A stretch of 64,000 bases of DNA from Gammaproteobacteria bacterium (GCA_024235015.1 JACKNG010000001.1:450905-514904); one strand, 5' to 3'; positions 8,440 to 19,199 are shown, numbered from the stretch's first letter. The notes: generated by a model not told the origin, from the sequence alone. A program made the numbers and translations.

Positions 8440-9645
8440 ATGTTCGACCGCAACTTCATCGTTCTCGAAATCGCCAACATCCTCGCCGGTCCGGTCACCA
8501 CCATGGCCTTCGCCGAGCTCGGTGCGCGGGTGATCAAACTCGAGAATCCGCATACCCGCGGCGACGCCACGCGCGGCTGGAAGCTCGCCGGCGAAGCCGA
8601 CGACAGCGACATCTCCGGCTACTTTTCCTGTGCCAACTGGGGCAAGGAATCGCTCGCCTGCGACTTCACCTGCGCCGCCGGGCGTGACATCGCCCATGCC
8701 CTGGCCGCGCGCGCCGACATCGTCGTGGTGAGCTTCAAGCCGGGCGACGAGGCCCGCCTCGGGCTCGATTACGCGACCCTGTCGGCACTCAACCCGCGCC
8801 TGATCTACGGCCAGATCAGCGCCTATGGCGGCGACGACCCGCGCCCGGGCTTCGATGCCATCCTGCAGGCCGAGGCCGGTTTCACCTACCTCAACGGCGA
8901 ACCCGACGGTCCGCCGACCAAGATGCCGGTGGCCCTCATCGACCTGCTGCTCGCCCACCAACTCAAGGAAGGCCTGCTCCTGGCCCTGCTCAAGCGCGAG
9001 CGCAGCGGCCGGGGATCGCTGGTGACGACCTCGCTGATCGAGGCCGGGGTCGCCTCGCTGGCCAACCAGGCGACCAATTACCTGGTCGGCGGCGTGGTTC
9101 CCCAGCGCATGGGCTCGGAGCATCCCAACATCGTGCCTTACGGTTCCATCCTGGCCTGCGCCGATGGCCGCGAAGTGGTCATCGCGGCGGCGACCGAACG
9201 CCAGTACCGCGAACTGGTCTGTGCCCTCGGCCTGCCCGAGCTGGCCGACGACCCGGCCTACGCCACCGGCCAGCTGCGCGTGCGCAACCGCGACCGGCTG
9301 CTCGCGCGGATCCGCGACCAGGCTGCCACCCTCGCCTCGGCCGACCTCGCCGCCCGCCTGATCGCGGCCAAGGTGCCGTTCGGGTTCGTCAACGACATGG
9401 CCGCGGTGTTCGAACAAGCAGGCGCGCGCCGCCTGCTGCTCGAGGCCGCACAGGACGGGCGCCCGCTGCGTGGCGTGCGCACCCTGGCCTTCGGCGGCGA
9501 CGCCGTCTCCACCGTCACGCCCACCCCGCCCCCCCATTTCGACCAGCACGCGGAGACCATACTCGGCGGTCTCCTCGGCCTCGACCGGGACGCCATCGCG
9601 GCGCGACGCGCGGCCGGTGCATTCGGCCCGGCGCCCGCCCGCTGA
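8440..9645 (+). CDS. CaiB/BaiF family III CoA-transferase
   Basis: LAGP..ELGARVIKLE..GD..R, NWGKES, GFDAILQAEAG, VALIDL (catalytic Asp). Confidence 0.9.
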   Translation: MFDRNFIVLEIANILAGPVTTMAFAELGARVIKLENPHTRGDATRGWKLAGEADDSDISGYFSCANWGKESLACDFTCAAGRDIAHALAARADIVVVSFKPGDEARLGLDYATLSALNPRLIYGQISAYGGDDPRPGFDAILQAEAGFTYLNGEPDGPPTKMPVALIDLLLAHQLKEGLLLALLKRERSGRGSLVTTSLIEAGVASLANQATNYLVGGVVPQRMGSEHPNIVPYGSILACADGREVVIAAATERQYRELVCALGLPELADDPAYATGQLRVRNRDRLLARIRDQAATLASADLAARLIAAKVPFGFVNDMAAVFEQAGARRLLLEAAQDGRPLRGVRTLAFGGDAVSTVTPTPPPHFDQHAETILGGLLGLDRDAIAARRAAGAFGPAPAR

Positions 9646-9768
9646 TCCGGCCGCACCGGGGCAGCCTATAATCCCTCGCAGTTCAAGTTGTCATGCCGCC
9701 AGGCCGCCATAGGGGACAGCCGTGCCCCGCGCGCGGCCGTTACCAGCCACACGGAGCGATCGCCGCGC

Positions 9769-12700
9769 ATGACAGTGCAGGATCTCGCAGCGGTTCAATT
9801 CGACAGGGAGCGGCCCGAGCGGTCTGGGCACATGGACGACGAAGTTTACGCCGCAGACGATCTGCTCGCCGCCGGATTCGATGCAGTCACCGATGCCGTG
9901 CTACTGCTCGACGGGCACGGCCGCGTGCAGCGCCTGAACCGCGCCGCCAGCGCGCTGCTCGGCATCTCGAGCGCGCAGGCTGCGTCGTGCCCGTGGTCGG
10001 ACATCGTCACCTTCGACCCGGCGCTGAGCGAAGCGCCGCCGAGTGCCGACGAGGCCGGCAACCCGCGTCCCGGCGAGTATGCGGTCGCGCTCAGCGGCGC
10101 CGTCAGCGAACCCGGGTTGCGGGTCACGCTGCTGGTCTGGCCGTTGGACGCGCCGGCCCGCGGCAGCATCATGGGGCTGCGCCCGCAGCGCGATCTCAGC
10201 CGGCTCGAGGCCGACCTCGCGCACAGCCGTCACCTGCTGCGCCTGGCCTGTATCCGCGGGCAGGTCGGGTTGTGGGAATGGGACGTCACCACCGACCTGG
10301 TGCGCGAATCCGGTTACTGGGTCGGCCGCACCCTGCATACGGCCGCCGGCCACGAGAACCCGAGCACCGCGCTCGTTCCCTACCTTCACCCCCACGATCG
10401 GCGCCAGGCGCGGGACGCCCTGGTCGCCTATCTCAAAGGCGACACCGAGTTCTTCGAGTGCGAGATGCGCCTGCGTGCGCTCGACGGCAACTACCTGCAC
10501 TTCCTGGTCCGTGGCCAGGCCCTCGGCCGCGATCTCGACGGCCGCGTGCTGAGCATGGCCGGCACCAACGTCGATTTATCGGCCTACCGCGAACAGGAAG
10601 CCCTGCTCGAGTTCGCCCTGGAAAGCAGCCAGCAGGGCATCTGGGACTGGGATCTCGACCGCCACCGCATCACCGAGCACAACTACTGGCGTCCGGACAT
10701 GGCGCGCTACCGCGTACCCTCGGTGCTGTCGCAAGCGCGCTTCATGGACCTGCTGCCGGCCGACGATCGCGAACGCCTGCGCGAATGCGCCATCACCTAC
10801 CTGCGCGGTGGCACGACCTCGATGGAATGCGAGGTGCGCATCGCGCGCCAGGACGGCACCTGGGGCGAGCTGTTGCTGCGCGGTCGCGCGCTCGAACGCG
10901 ACGACGACGGCCGCGTGCACCGGATCATCGGCACCTATACCGAGATCGGCGCACTCAAGGCCCAGGAGCGCCGCCTGCAACTGGCCCTGGAAAACGGCCG
11001 CCAGGGACTGTTCGAATGGTGGCCGGAGAACGACCGGCTCGATTTCTCGCGCGAGTGGTACGCCATGTTCGGCTACCCGCCCGGGGCGATCGCCTCGCTG
11101 CGGGTCGACCTCCAGCGCATCCTGCACCACGACGACGTCGCCAGTGGTTTCGCCGCCCTGGTGCCGATGCTGCGCGGCGAGCGCGACACTTTCGAGGTCG
11201 AACACCGCCTGCGCCATGCCGACGGTCACTACCTCACGGTGCTCTCACGCGGACGCGTGATCGAACGCGACGCCGCCGGCCGCGCCGTCCGGGTCATCGG
11301 CACCCATGTCGACGTCAGCGCGCTGAAGGCGACCGAAACCCGCCTGCTGGAATCGCGCAAGCTGCTCGAAACGGTCATCGATGCCTTCCCCCAGCGGGTG
11401 TTCTGGAAGAGCCTGGACGATCACTACCTGGGCGCCAACCGCCGCTTCGCCCGCGATGCCGGCTTCGACTCGCCCGAGCGGCTCATCGGCAAGGCGGTCG
11501 CCGACGTGCCCTGGCCGATCGCCTTCGACGAGATCGCCGCCGACGATCGCCGCCTGCTGGACAGCGGCGAGTCCCACATCACCGTGCGCCGCCCCTTCCG
11601 CACCGTCGCCGGTGAAGAGTTCTGGGCCGAGACGACCAAGGTGCCCATCCTCGATGCCGGCGGCGAGACCATCGGCATCCTCGCCTACTACGACGACGTC
11701 ACCGAGGAGCAGGCGCGCGAGGTGCAGCTGCGCACCGTCGCCGAGGCCCTGACCGGGCACGATCGCGCTCGCCTGCTCGACAACCTGGCCCGGGCCGCGG
11801 CGGAACTCGCCGGTGCCGACTTCGCCTTCATCGGGCGCTGCCAGGACAATCGCGCCAAGCTCGACATCATCGCGCGCTTTCCGGCCGACGGTGTCCAACT
11901 CGAATCGGACTATGGCATCGCCGGGACCCCTTGCGCGCGCAGCCTGGAAGACGGCTTCTACTTTCTCCGCGACGGCGCCCGCGAGCGCTTTCCGGACGCC
12001 GGCGTGCTGCACGAACTCGACATCGCGGGCTACGCCGGGCGCCAGCTGACAGCGGCCGACGGGCACGCGCTCGGCCTGCTCGTGCTGCTCTTCAAGCAGG
12101 CCAACGCCGACGCCGGCCGCGTGCGCCGGGTCATCGACGTGCTCGAAGCACGCATCACCAGCGAACTCGAACGCGAACTCTCGCTGGCCGAGCTGGCCGC
12201 CAGTGAACAGCGCCTCAACGCGGCCATCGAGGCCGGTGGCCAGGGGGTATGGGAATGGACGCCGCGCAGCGATGCGCTGAACGTCATCGGGCCGTTCTTC
12301 CGCGACCGCGACGTTCGCACCGGGCACGACATCGAAGCCCTGCATCATCCCGACGACCTGCCGCAGATGCGCCGCGTACTGCGCGAGTTTCTCACCGGAC
12401 GCACGACGTTCTACGAGTACGAAGCGCGCCTACGCGTGTCCGCCGACAGCTATTGCTGGATGCTGGTGCGCGCGCGTGCCGCCGAACGCGATGCGGCGCA
12501 ACGCGTGACCCGGCTGATCGGCACGGTCACCGACATCTCCGCCCTGAAGACGGCACAGGCGACGTCGGAACAGGCCCAGCAGTTCCTCGGCCTCGTCATC
12601 GATACCGTGCCGCAGGCGATCTTCTGGCAGGACCTCGAGTTCCGCTACGGCGGCTGCAACCAGCGTTTCGCCGATCTCGCCGGCGTGGCCGATCCGCAGG

Positions 12701-14268
12701 ACCTGGTCGGCCGCACCGATGACGACCTGTGGTGGGCCGAACACGCCCGCCAGTTCCACGAAGCCGACCGCCGCCTGCTCGACGGCGAAGTCCGCCAGCA
12801 ACGCTTCGAGAACGAGATCCGGCGCCCGGGGCGCGAACCCGGCTGGTACGAGACGACCAAGGTCGCCATGCGCGATGCCGACGGTCACATCATCGGCATC
12901 CTCGGCGCCATCCACGACATCACCACGCGCAAACGTGCCGAGGACGCCGCCCGCCACCTGGCGCGTTTCGATCCCCTGACCAACCTGCCCAACCGACGCT
13001 ATTTCGCCGAACGGCTCGAGACCAGCCTGGCCGCGGCGGCGCGCCACCTGCGCATGGGCGCGCTGTTGTTCATCGACCTCGACCAGTTCAAGCAGATCAA
13101 CGACACCCTCGGCCACTCGGTCGGTGATTCGTTGCTGCAGGCCGTCGCCGAGCGCCTGCGCAACGTCACCCGCCAGGAAGACACGGTGGCACGCCTGGGC
13201 GGCGACGAGTTCGTCGTCTTGTTACCGGAAGTAGCGGCCGACCTCGAGGCCTGTGCGCGCCAGGCGCAGACCGTGGCCGAGAAGATCCACAGCTCGCTCG
13301 GCCAGCCGTTCCAGTTCGATCACCACCAGTTCCACATCACGCCGACCATCGGTATCTCGCTGTTTCCCGAGGGCAACAAGAGCGTCGACGACGTGCTCAA
13401 GGAAGCCGACACCGCCATGTACAACGGCAAGGCGGCCGGGCGGAACGTCACCCGCTTCTTCCGCCGCGAGATGGAAGAGGCGGCGCAGGCGCGCCTGCGC
13501 ATCGAGGGCGACCTGCGCCGTGCGATCGTGCGGCGCGAGTTCGAACTCGCCTTCCAGCCGCAGGTCGACCGCGTCGGCGAAGTCACCGGCGCCGAGGTCC
13601 TGCTGCGCTGGCGACATCCCGAGCGCGGCATGATCCCGCCCGGCGAGTTCATCCCCATCGCCGAGGAACGCGGCCTCATCGTCGACATCGGGCGCTGGGT
13701 ACTCGATGCCGCCTTCGACAGCTTCCGGCGCTGGACCGACGACGGCAGCATCGACCTCGACGAACTGGCCATCAACGTCAGTTCGCGACAGTTCCGCTCG
13801 GACGATTTCGTCGCCGACGTCGAACGCCTGCTGGTGTTGCACCGCATCCCGCCGCACCGCATCGTGTTCGAGATCACCGAGAGCACGGTGGTCGAGGACG
13901 TCGAGGCCACCATCGAGATCATGGAGCGCCTGCGCCGGGTCGGCATCCGTTTCGCCATCGACGACTTCGGTATCGGCTATTCCTCGCTGTCCTACCTCAA
14001 GCGCCTGCCCATCGACCAGCTCAAGATCGACCGCTCCTTCATTGCCGACATCGGCCGCGACAACAACGACGAGGTGATCTGCCAGACCATCGTCGCCATG
14101 AGCCAGCACCTGCGGTTGCAGACCATCGCCGAGGGGGTCGAGACGCGCGAGCAGTACAATTTCCTGTCGCGCCTGCGTTGCAACGGTTACCAGGGTTACC
14201 TGTTCCTGCGCCCGTCGTCGGAGCAGGAATTCCTCGACTACTGCCGACACACGCAGGCGATGGCCTGA
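9769..14268 (+). CDS. Multi-PAS/PAC and GAF diguanylate cyclase/phosphodiesterase (GGDEF-EAL)
   Basis: Repeated GxW(E/D)W PAS_3-type units, two FWK/FWQ PAS_4-type units, central GAF-like region, RLGGDEF, AEVLLRW, DDFGIGYSSLSYLK. Confidence 0.93.
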   Translation: MTVQDLAAVQFDRERPERSGHMDDEVYAADDLLAAGFDAVTDAVLLLDGHGRVQRLNRAASALLGISSAQAASCPWSDIVTFDPALSEAPPSADEAGNPRPGEYAVALSGAVSEPGLRVTLLVWPLDAPARGSIMGLRPQRDLSRLEADLAHSRHLLRLACIRGQVGLWEWDVTTDLVRESGYWVGRTLHTAAGHENPSTALVPYLHPHDRRQARDALVAYLKGDTEFFECEMRLRALDGNYLHFLVRGQALGRDLDGRVLSMAGTNVDLSAYREQEALLEFALESSQQGIWDWDLDRHRITEHNYWRPDMARYRVPSVLSQARFMDLLPADDRERLRECAITYLRGGTTSMECEVRIARQDGTWGELLLRGRALERDDDGRVHRIIGTYTEIGALKAQERRLQLALENGRQGLFEWWPENDRLDFSREWYAMFGYPPGAIASLRVDLQRILHHDDVASGFAALVPMLRGERDTFEVEHRLRHADGHYLTVLSRGRVIERDAAGRAVRVIGTHVDVSALKATETRLLESRKLLETVIDAFPQRVFWKSLDDHYLGANRRFARDAGFDSPERLIGKAVADVPWPIAFDEIAADDRRLLDSGESHITVRRPFRTVAGEEFWAETTKVPILDAGGETIGILAYYDDVTEEQAREVQLRTVAEALTGHDRARLLDNLARAAAELAGADFAFIGRCQDNRAKLDIIARFPADGVQLESDYGIAGTPCARSLEDGFYFLRDGARERFPDAGVLHELDIAGYAGRQLTAADGHALGLLVLLFKQANADAGRVRRVIDVLEARITSELERELSLAELAASEQRLNAAIEAGGQGVWEWTPRSDALNVIGPFFRDRDVRTGHDIEALHHPDDLPQMRRVLREFLTGRTTFYEYEARLRVSADSYCWMLVRARAAERDAAQRVTRLIGTVTDISALKTAQATSEQAQQFLGLVIDTVPQAIFWQDLEFRYGGCNQRFADLAGVADPQDLVGRTDDDLWWAEHARQFHEADRRLLDGEVRQQRFENEIRRPGREPGWYETTKVAMRDADGHIIGILGAIHDITTRKRAEDAARHLARFDPLTNLPNRRYFAERLETSLAAAARHLRMGALLFIDLDQFKQINDTLGHSVGDSLLQAVAERLRNVTRQEDTVARLGGDEFVVLLPEVAADLEACARQAQTVAEKIHSSLGQPFQFDHHQFHITPTIGISLFPEGNKSVDDVLKEADTAMYNGKAAGRNVTRFFRREMEEAAQARLRIEGDLRRAIVRREFELAFQPQVDRVGEVTGAEVLLRWRHPERGMIPPGEFIPIAEERGLIVDIGRWVLDAAFDSFRRWTDDGSIDLDELAINVSSRQFRSDDFVADVERLLVLHRIPPHRIVFEITESTVVEDVEATIEIMERLRRVGIRFAIDDFGIGYSSLSYLKRLPIDQLKIDRSFIADIGRDNNDEVICQTIVAMSQHLRLQTIAEGVETREQYNFLSRLRCNGYQGYLFLRPSSEQEFLDYCRHTQAMA

Positions 14269-14425
14269 GGCCGGGTCACGCCGGCACGCCTCGAACCGGC
14301 CCGCCCACGCACGGCGTCGTCGCCACCCCGGAGGCTCCCCGCCATCACCGCGGCGGTCGCCGCCTGCCGCGCAGGCCCCGAAATCGGCCACAATGACGGC
14401 CCCAATCGTCGTCGCCGAGGTTGTC

Positions 14426-15412
14426 ATGACCGACCTGCTCGATCGCCTTCGTAATGCCGTCCCGGTATGGAGCGCCGGCATGGGCGGCGGCCTCGCCGGC
14501 CCGCAACTGGCCGCCGCGGTGAGCGAGGCCGGCGGCTTCGGCGTCCTCGGCGTCGGCGGTGGCCTGCCGCGCGCCGCGGTACTCGAACTCGTCAGTGCGA
14601 CCCGCGCCCTGACCAGCCGCGCCTTCGGCGCCAATGTCATCCTGCCGATGTCGGACGGCGAAGACATCGCGGCCTGCTTCGACGCCCGCGTCGACGTGCT
14701 CGTGCTGTTCTGGGGCGACCCCCAGCCCTACGTCGCCGACGCCCACCGTCGCGGCATGTTCGTCGTCGCCCAGTGCGGCGGCCCCGAGGATGCCGTGGCG
14801 GCGGCCGATGCCGGGGTCGACGCGGTGATGGTCCAGGGCACCGAGGCCGGTGGGCACGTCAAGGCGCTCGCGCCCCTCGCCGAGACGGTGCCGGCGGCCG
14901 TGCGCGCCCTCGGTCGCCGCGTGCCGGTCATCGCCGCCGGCGGCCTGGCCACCGGCGCCGACGTCGCCACGGCGCTCGGCTACGGCGCCCGCGCGGCATC
15001 GCTCGGCACCCGCTTCCTGGCCAGCACCGAGGCTGCCGCGGTCGACGCCTACAAGGCCCGCGTGGTCGCTGCCCGCGCCGCCGACACCGTGTTCACCGAC
15101 TTGTTCGACATCGGCTGGCCGCGGGCCAATCACCGCGTGCTGCGCAACACCACCTACACCGCCTGGGAGGCAGCCGGTCGCCCCGCCCCGGGGGCGCGCC
15201 CGGGCGAGGGCGAGGAAATCGGTACAATCCCCGCCGGCGCCGAGCGCGTGCCCCTGCCGCGCTACGCCGTCATGCCGCCGATGAGCGGATTCGAGGGTGA
15301 CCTCGAGGCCGCCGCCCTGTACGCCGGCGAATCGGTCGAGCGCATCGACGCCGTGGTGCCAGCGGCCGAGCTCGTCACGCGCCTGCTGGACGAACTGCGG
15401 GCGGCGTCGTGA
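14426..15412 (+). CDS. Nitronate monooxygenase family flavin oxidoreductase
   Basis: VQGTEAGGH, VIAAGGLATG, LGTRFLASTEA. GAGG RBS before ATG 14426. Confidence 0.88.
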   Translation: MTDLLDRLRNAVPVWSAGMGGGLAGPQLAAAVSEAGGFGVLGVGGGLPRAAVLELVSATRALTSRAFGANVILPMSDGEDIAACFDARVDVLVLFWGDPQPYVADAHRRGMFVVAQCGGPEDAVAAADAGVDAVMVQGTEAGGHVKALAPLAETVPAAVRALGRRVPVIAAGGLATGADVATALGYGARAASLGTRFLASTEAAAVDAYKARVVAARAADTVFTDLFDIGWPRANHRVLRNTTYTAWEAAGRPAPGARPGEGEEIGTIPAGAERVPLPRYAVMPPMSGFEGDLEAAALYAGESVERIDAVVPAAELVTRLLDELRAAS

Positions 15413-15558
15413 CCCGCCGCGGCGCCGGGCCTGCGCGCCTGCGGGGCCGGATATAGTTCACGATGGCGCCCGGCGCGCGAGCACCGGCAAGCGCACGCAC
15501 GAACTGCGCGGACCTGCGCCGTCCGCCTGACAAGGATCACGAGAAGACCGGAAACATC

Positions 15559-17115
15559 ATGCGAGTCACCCAACCCCTGCAGCGCAACCTGCAACAGATC
15601 CCCCACGACATCGCCACCATCGACGGCGAGCGCCGCCGCACCTGGGCCGAGTTCGTCGACCGCGTGGCGCGCCTTGCCGGCGGCCTGCGCGGCCTCGGCG
15701 TCGCGCCGGGCGACCGGGTCGCCGTCATCGGCCTCAACTCGGATCGACACATGGAGGTGTTCTTCGCCGTGCCGTGGGCCGGCGCCGTGATCGTGCCCAC
15801 CAACTACCGCTGGTCGGCGCCGGAGATCGCGTTCTCGCTCAACGACTCGGGCACCCGCGTGTTGTTCATCGATCACACCTTCTGGCCGCTGGTCGCCGAG
15901 CTGCGCGCCCTGGTCGACCATCCGTTGACGGTGATCTGCATCGACGCCGCATTGGAAGGTCACGACGCGGTACACGACGACCTCGTCGCCGCGCACGCGC
16001 CGCTCGAGGAACACGTCAACGAATCGACGTCACTGTCCGGCATCTTCTACACCGGCGGCACCACCGGGCGTTCCAAGGGCGTCATGCTGACCCACGGCAA
16101 CCACGTCGCCAACACCCTGCAGTTCGCCGCCATGATCAGCTTCGGCGCCGACATCTGCTACCTGCACGCGGCGCCGATGTTCCACATTGCCGACGCCCTG
16201 TACATCTACCTGGTCACCCACCTCGGCGGCCGCCACGTGTTCATCCCGCGCTTCGAACCGGCTGCCTGCGCCGCGGCCATGCAGGAACACGGCGTCACCG
16301 ACACCATCCTCGTGCCGACCATGATCCAGATGCTGCTGGAACAGAAGGGCTTCGCCGATTTCGACCTCTCGCGGCTCGAACGCCTCTACTACGGCGCCTC
16401 GCCGATGCCCGAAGCGGTGGCCGTCGACCTCATCGGCAAATTGCCGCACGTCGCCGCCTACCAGCTCTACGGCCAGACCGAGTCGGCACCGCTGCTGACC
16501 GCCCTCGACTCGCGTTTTCACGTCACCGAGGGCCCGCTCGCCGGCCGCCTGCGTTCGGCCGGGCGCGCCGTGCCGGCAGTCGAGATCCGCATCGTCGACG
16601 AAAACGACGTCGAGGTGCCGCGTGGCCAGGTCGGCGAGATCGTGGTGCGCGGCCCGAACATCATGAAAGGTTACTGGGGCCGCGACGATCTCACCGCCGA
16701 GGCCCTGCGCGGTGGCTGGCTGCACACCGGCGACGCCGCCTACATGGACGAGGGCGGCTTCATCTTCATCAGCGATCGGCTGAAGGACATGATCATCTCG
16801 GGCGGTGAGAACGTCTATTCGACCGAAGTCGAGAACGCGCTCTACCAGCATCCCGACGTCGCCCAGGTCGCCGTCATCGGCGTGCCGGACGAGAAATGGG
16901 GCGAACGGGTGCATGCGGTGGTCGTGCCGCGCGAAGGTGCAAATCCCGATCCCAAGGATCTCATGGCCTTCTGCCGCAGCCTCATCGCCGACTACAAGTG
17001 CCCGCGCTCGGTGAGCTTCCGCGACGAGCCGCTGCCGCTCTCGGGTGCCGGCAAGGTGCTCAAGACGGAACTGCGCAAGCCGTTCTGGAGCGGCCGCGAC
17101 CGCCAGGTCAACTGA
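15559..17115 (+). CDS. Long-chain fatty-acid--CoA ligase (AMP-binding)
   Basis: YTGGTTGRSKG, YGQTE, WLHTGD, RLKDMIISGGENVY, SGAGKVLK. Confidence 0.93.
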   Translation: MRVTQPLQRNLQQIPHDIATIDGERRRTWAEFVDRVARLAGGLRGLGVAPGDRVAVIGLNSDRHMEVFFAVPWAGAVIVPTNYRWSAPEIAFSLNDSGTRVLFIDHTFWPLVAELRALVDHPLTVICIDAALEGHDAVHDDLVAAHAPLEEHVNESTSLSGIFYTGGTTGRSKGVMLTHGNHVANTLQFAAMISFGADICYLHAAPMFHIADALYIYLVTHLGGRHVFIPRFEPAACAAAMQEHGVTDTILVPTMIQMLLEQKGFADFDLSRLERLYYGASPMPEAVAVDLIGKLPHVAAYQLYGQTESAPLLTALDSRFHVTEGPLAGRLRSAGRAVPAVEIRIVDENDVEVPRGQVGEIVVRGPNIMKGYWGRDDLTAEALRGGWLHTGDAAYMDEGGFIFISDRLKDMIISGGENVYSTEVENALYQHPDVAQVAVIGVPDEKWGERVHAVVVPREGANPDPKDLMAFCRSLIADYKCPRSVSFRDEPLPLSGAGKVLKTELRKPFWSGRDRQVN

Positions 17116-17139
17116 GCCGGCACGGCCCGCGCACATCAT

Positions 17140-17189
17140 GGTGACAGTATACTTTTCGGCCGTGCGCGGCCGAAAAATATACTGTCACC
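17140..17189. repeat. REP/REPIN-like inverted repeat, family 1 copy 2
   Basis: 23-bp arms GGTGACAGTATACTTTTCGGCCG / CGGCCGAAAAATATACTGTCACC (1 mismatch), 4-nt loop, between convergent genes. Confidence 0.9.
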
Positions 17190-17198
17190 CTATCCCGC

Positions 17199-18245
17199 TC
17201 AGCCGAACAGCTCGCGCAGCAACGCCTCGGTTTCGGCCCAGCCCATGCAGGCATCGGTGATCGACACGCCGTAGCGCAAGGCCTCGCGCACAAGCGGCTG
17301 GTTGCCGGCTTCGAGGTGGCTCTCCAGCATCAGCCCGACGATGCCCTGGCGCCCCGCGACGCGCTGCGCCATCACCGCGCGGGCGACGAGCGGCTGGCGC
17401 GCGGGGTTCTTGGCCGAATTGCCGTGACTGCAGTCGACCATCACCGCCGTGGGCAGGCCGGCCGCGCCGAGTTCGGCCACGGCGGCCTCGACCTGGGCGG
17501 CTTCGTAGTTGGGCTCGCGCCCGCCGCGCAGGATGAGGTGGACATCGGCGTTACCGCGCGTGCGCACGACCGCCGTGCGCCCCTGGCCGTCGATGCCGAG
17601 AAAATGATGCGCGGTGCGTGCCGCCTGCATCGCCTGCACGGCGATGGTCACGCTGCCATCGGTACCGTTCTTGAACCCGCACGGCGCCGACAGGCCGCTG
17701 GCCATCTCGCGGTGGGTCTGCGACTCGGTGGTGCGGGCGCCGATCGCGTACCAGCTGATGAGGTCACCGAGGTACTGCGGCACGATGGGATCGAGTGCCT
17801 CGGTCGCGGCCGGCATGCCGGCCTCGGCCAGTTCGACGAGGAAACTGCGCGCCAGGGTCAGGCCCGACTCGATGTCGAAGCTGTCGTCGAGCCGCGGGTC
17901 GTTGATCAGCCCCTTCCAGCCGGTGGTCGTGCGCGGCTTCTCGAAATAGACGCGCATGACGATGAACACGCGTTCGGCGAGTGCGGCGGCGAGTTCGCGC
18001 AGGCGGGCGAGGTACTCGCGGCCGGCCGCGAGGTCGTGGATCGAGCACGGCCCGACCACCACCAGGGCGCGCGGATCGCGCCCGGCCAGGATGTTGGCGA
18101 CGGCGGCACGCGAACGCGCGACGAATATCCCGGCCTCGGCCGCGAGCGGCAGGCGCCGGTGAAGATCGGCCGGCGACGGCAGCGGGGTCAGCGAGACGAC
18201 GTTCTGGTTTTCGAGCTGGCAGGCATCGTTGAGGGCTGTGGACAT
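17199..18245 (-). CDS. 3-deoxy-7-phosphoheptulonate (DAHP) synthase, class I
   Basis: VVGPCSIHD, MRVYFEKPRTTTGWKGLINDP, IGARTTESQTHREMASGLS, DCSHGNS, YGVSITDAC. Confidence 0.95.
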   Translation of the reverse strand: MSTALNDACQLENQNVVSLTPLPSPADLHRRLPLAAEAGIFVARSRAAVANILAGRDPRALVVVGPCSIHDLAAGREYLARLRELAAALAERVFIVMRVYFEKPRTTTGWKGLINDPRLDDSFDIESGLTLARSFLVELAEAGMPAATEALDPIVPQYLGDLISWYAIGARTTESQTHREMASGLSAPCGFKNGTDGSVTIAVQAMQAARTAHHFLGIDGQGRTAVVRTRGNADVHLILRGGREPNYEAAQVEAAVAELGAAGLPTAVMVDCSHGNSAKNPARQPLVARAVMAQRVAGRQGIVGLMLESHLEAGNQPLVREALRYGVSITDACMGWAETEALLRELFG

Positions 18246-18341
18246 GGTCATTTCCGGAGCGACGACCCGGGCGGGTCCTGTGGCAACATGGGCGGCGATC
18301 ATAACCCGCGCCCCCCGCGCGCGCCGCACCAGGGAGTCCGC

Positions 18342-19178
18342 ATGCAGCTCGCCATGAACATCCGCAACTGGGGCGCCCAGGCGACGCCGGCCAAGCTGCG
18401 CGCCTGCGCCGAGGCAGCCGACCGCTCCGGCCTGGACGCCATCTGGTTCAACGACCACATCGGCCTGCCGCCGGTGATCGGCGACAACGCCTACGGCATC
18501 CCGGACGAGATGGGTGCCATCCTCGACCCGCTGGGCTTCGCCCACTGGCTCGCCGCGGTGACCACCCGTATCCGTTTCGGTACCGCGGTGCTGGTCCTGC
18601 CCTACCGCCCGCCGCTGGTCACCGCCAAGCTCGTCCAGACCGTGCAGGCCCTGTCCGGCGGCCGCTTCCTGCTCGGCGTCGGACCGGGCTACCTGGCCGA
18701 GGAATTCACCGCGCTCGGCGTGGCGCGCAACCGCCGCGGCGCGCTCACCGACGAGGTGCTCGAGGTGCTGCACGCCGCCGCGCGCGACGGCGTGGTCGAA
18801 CGTCACGGCCAGCTGCTGCGGCTCGAACCGCGCCCGCCGCTGCCCCCGATCTACGTCGGCGGCGGGGCGGCGGCGGCGATCCCACGCGCGCTGGCCCGCG
18901 GCGACGGCTGGATGCCGGTCGGCCTCGCCCCCGCGGCCCTGGCGGCGCCGATTGCCGACCTCGCCGCGCGGACACGCGACGCCGGCCGCGAACCGCTCGC
19001 GGTGGTTGCGATGAAGACGCTGCCGCTGGAAGATCCCGCCGCCGCCGCAGCCCTGGCCCGCGCCTACCGCGATGTCGGCGTGACCCAGCTCGTCCACACC
19101 CAGGGCTACGACAGCCCGGCCCACTATGCCGAGGTGGTGGAGCAGGTCGACCGTGAGCTGCGCAGCGCCATCGCCTGA
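18342..19178 (+). CDS. Luciferase-like (LLM) flavin/F420-dependent oxidoreductase
   Basis: IWFNDHI, LDP..LAAVTTRIRFGTAVLVLPYRPP, GRFLLGVGPGY..EF. Confidence 0.85.
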   Translation: MQLAMNIRNWGAQATPAKLRACAEAADRSGLDAIWFNDHIGLPPVIGDNAYGIPDEMGAILDPLGFAHWLAAVTTRIRFGTAVLVLPYRPPLVTAKLVQTVQALSGGRFLLGVGPGYLAEEFTALGVARNRRGALTDEVLEVLHAAARDGVVERHGQLLRLEPRPPLPPIYVGGGAAAAIPRALARGDGWMPVGLAPAALAAPIADLAARTRDAGREPLAVVAMKTLPLEDPAAAAALARAYRDVGVTQLVHTQGYDSPAHYAEVVEQVDRELRSAIA

Positions 19179-19199
19179 ACCGAGTCCGAGAACATCCGC

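Noticed and set aside
9667-9672. TATAAT upstream of the GGDEF-EAL gene as a full sigma70 promoter
   Set aside because: No -35 box at 16-18 nt and no extended -10 TG, so it is too weak to call.
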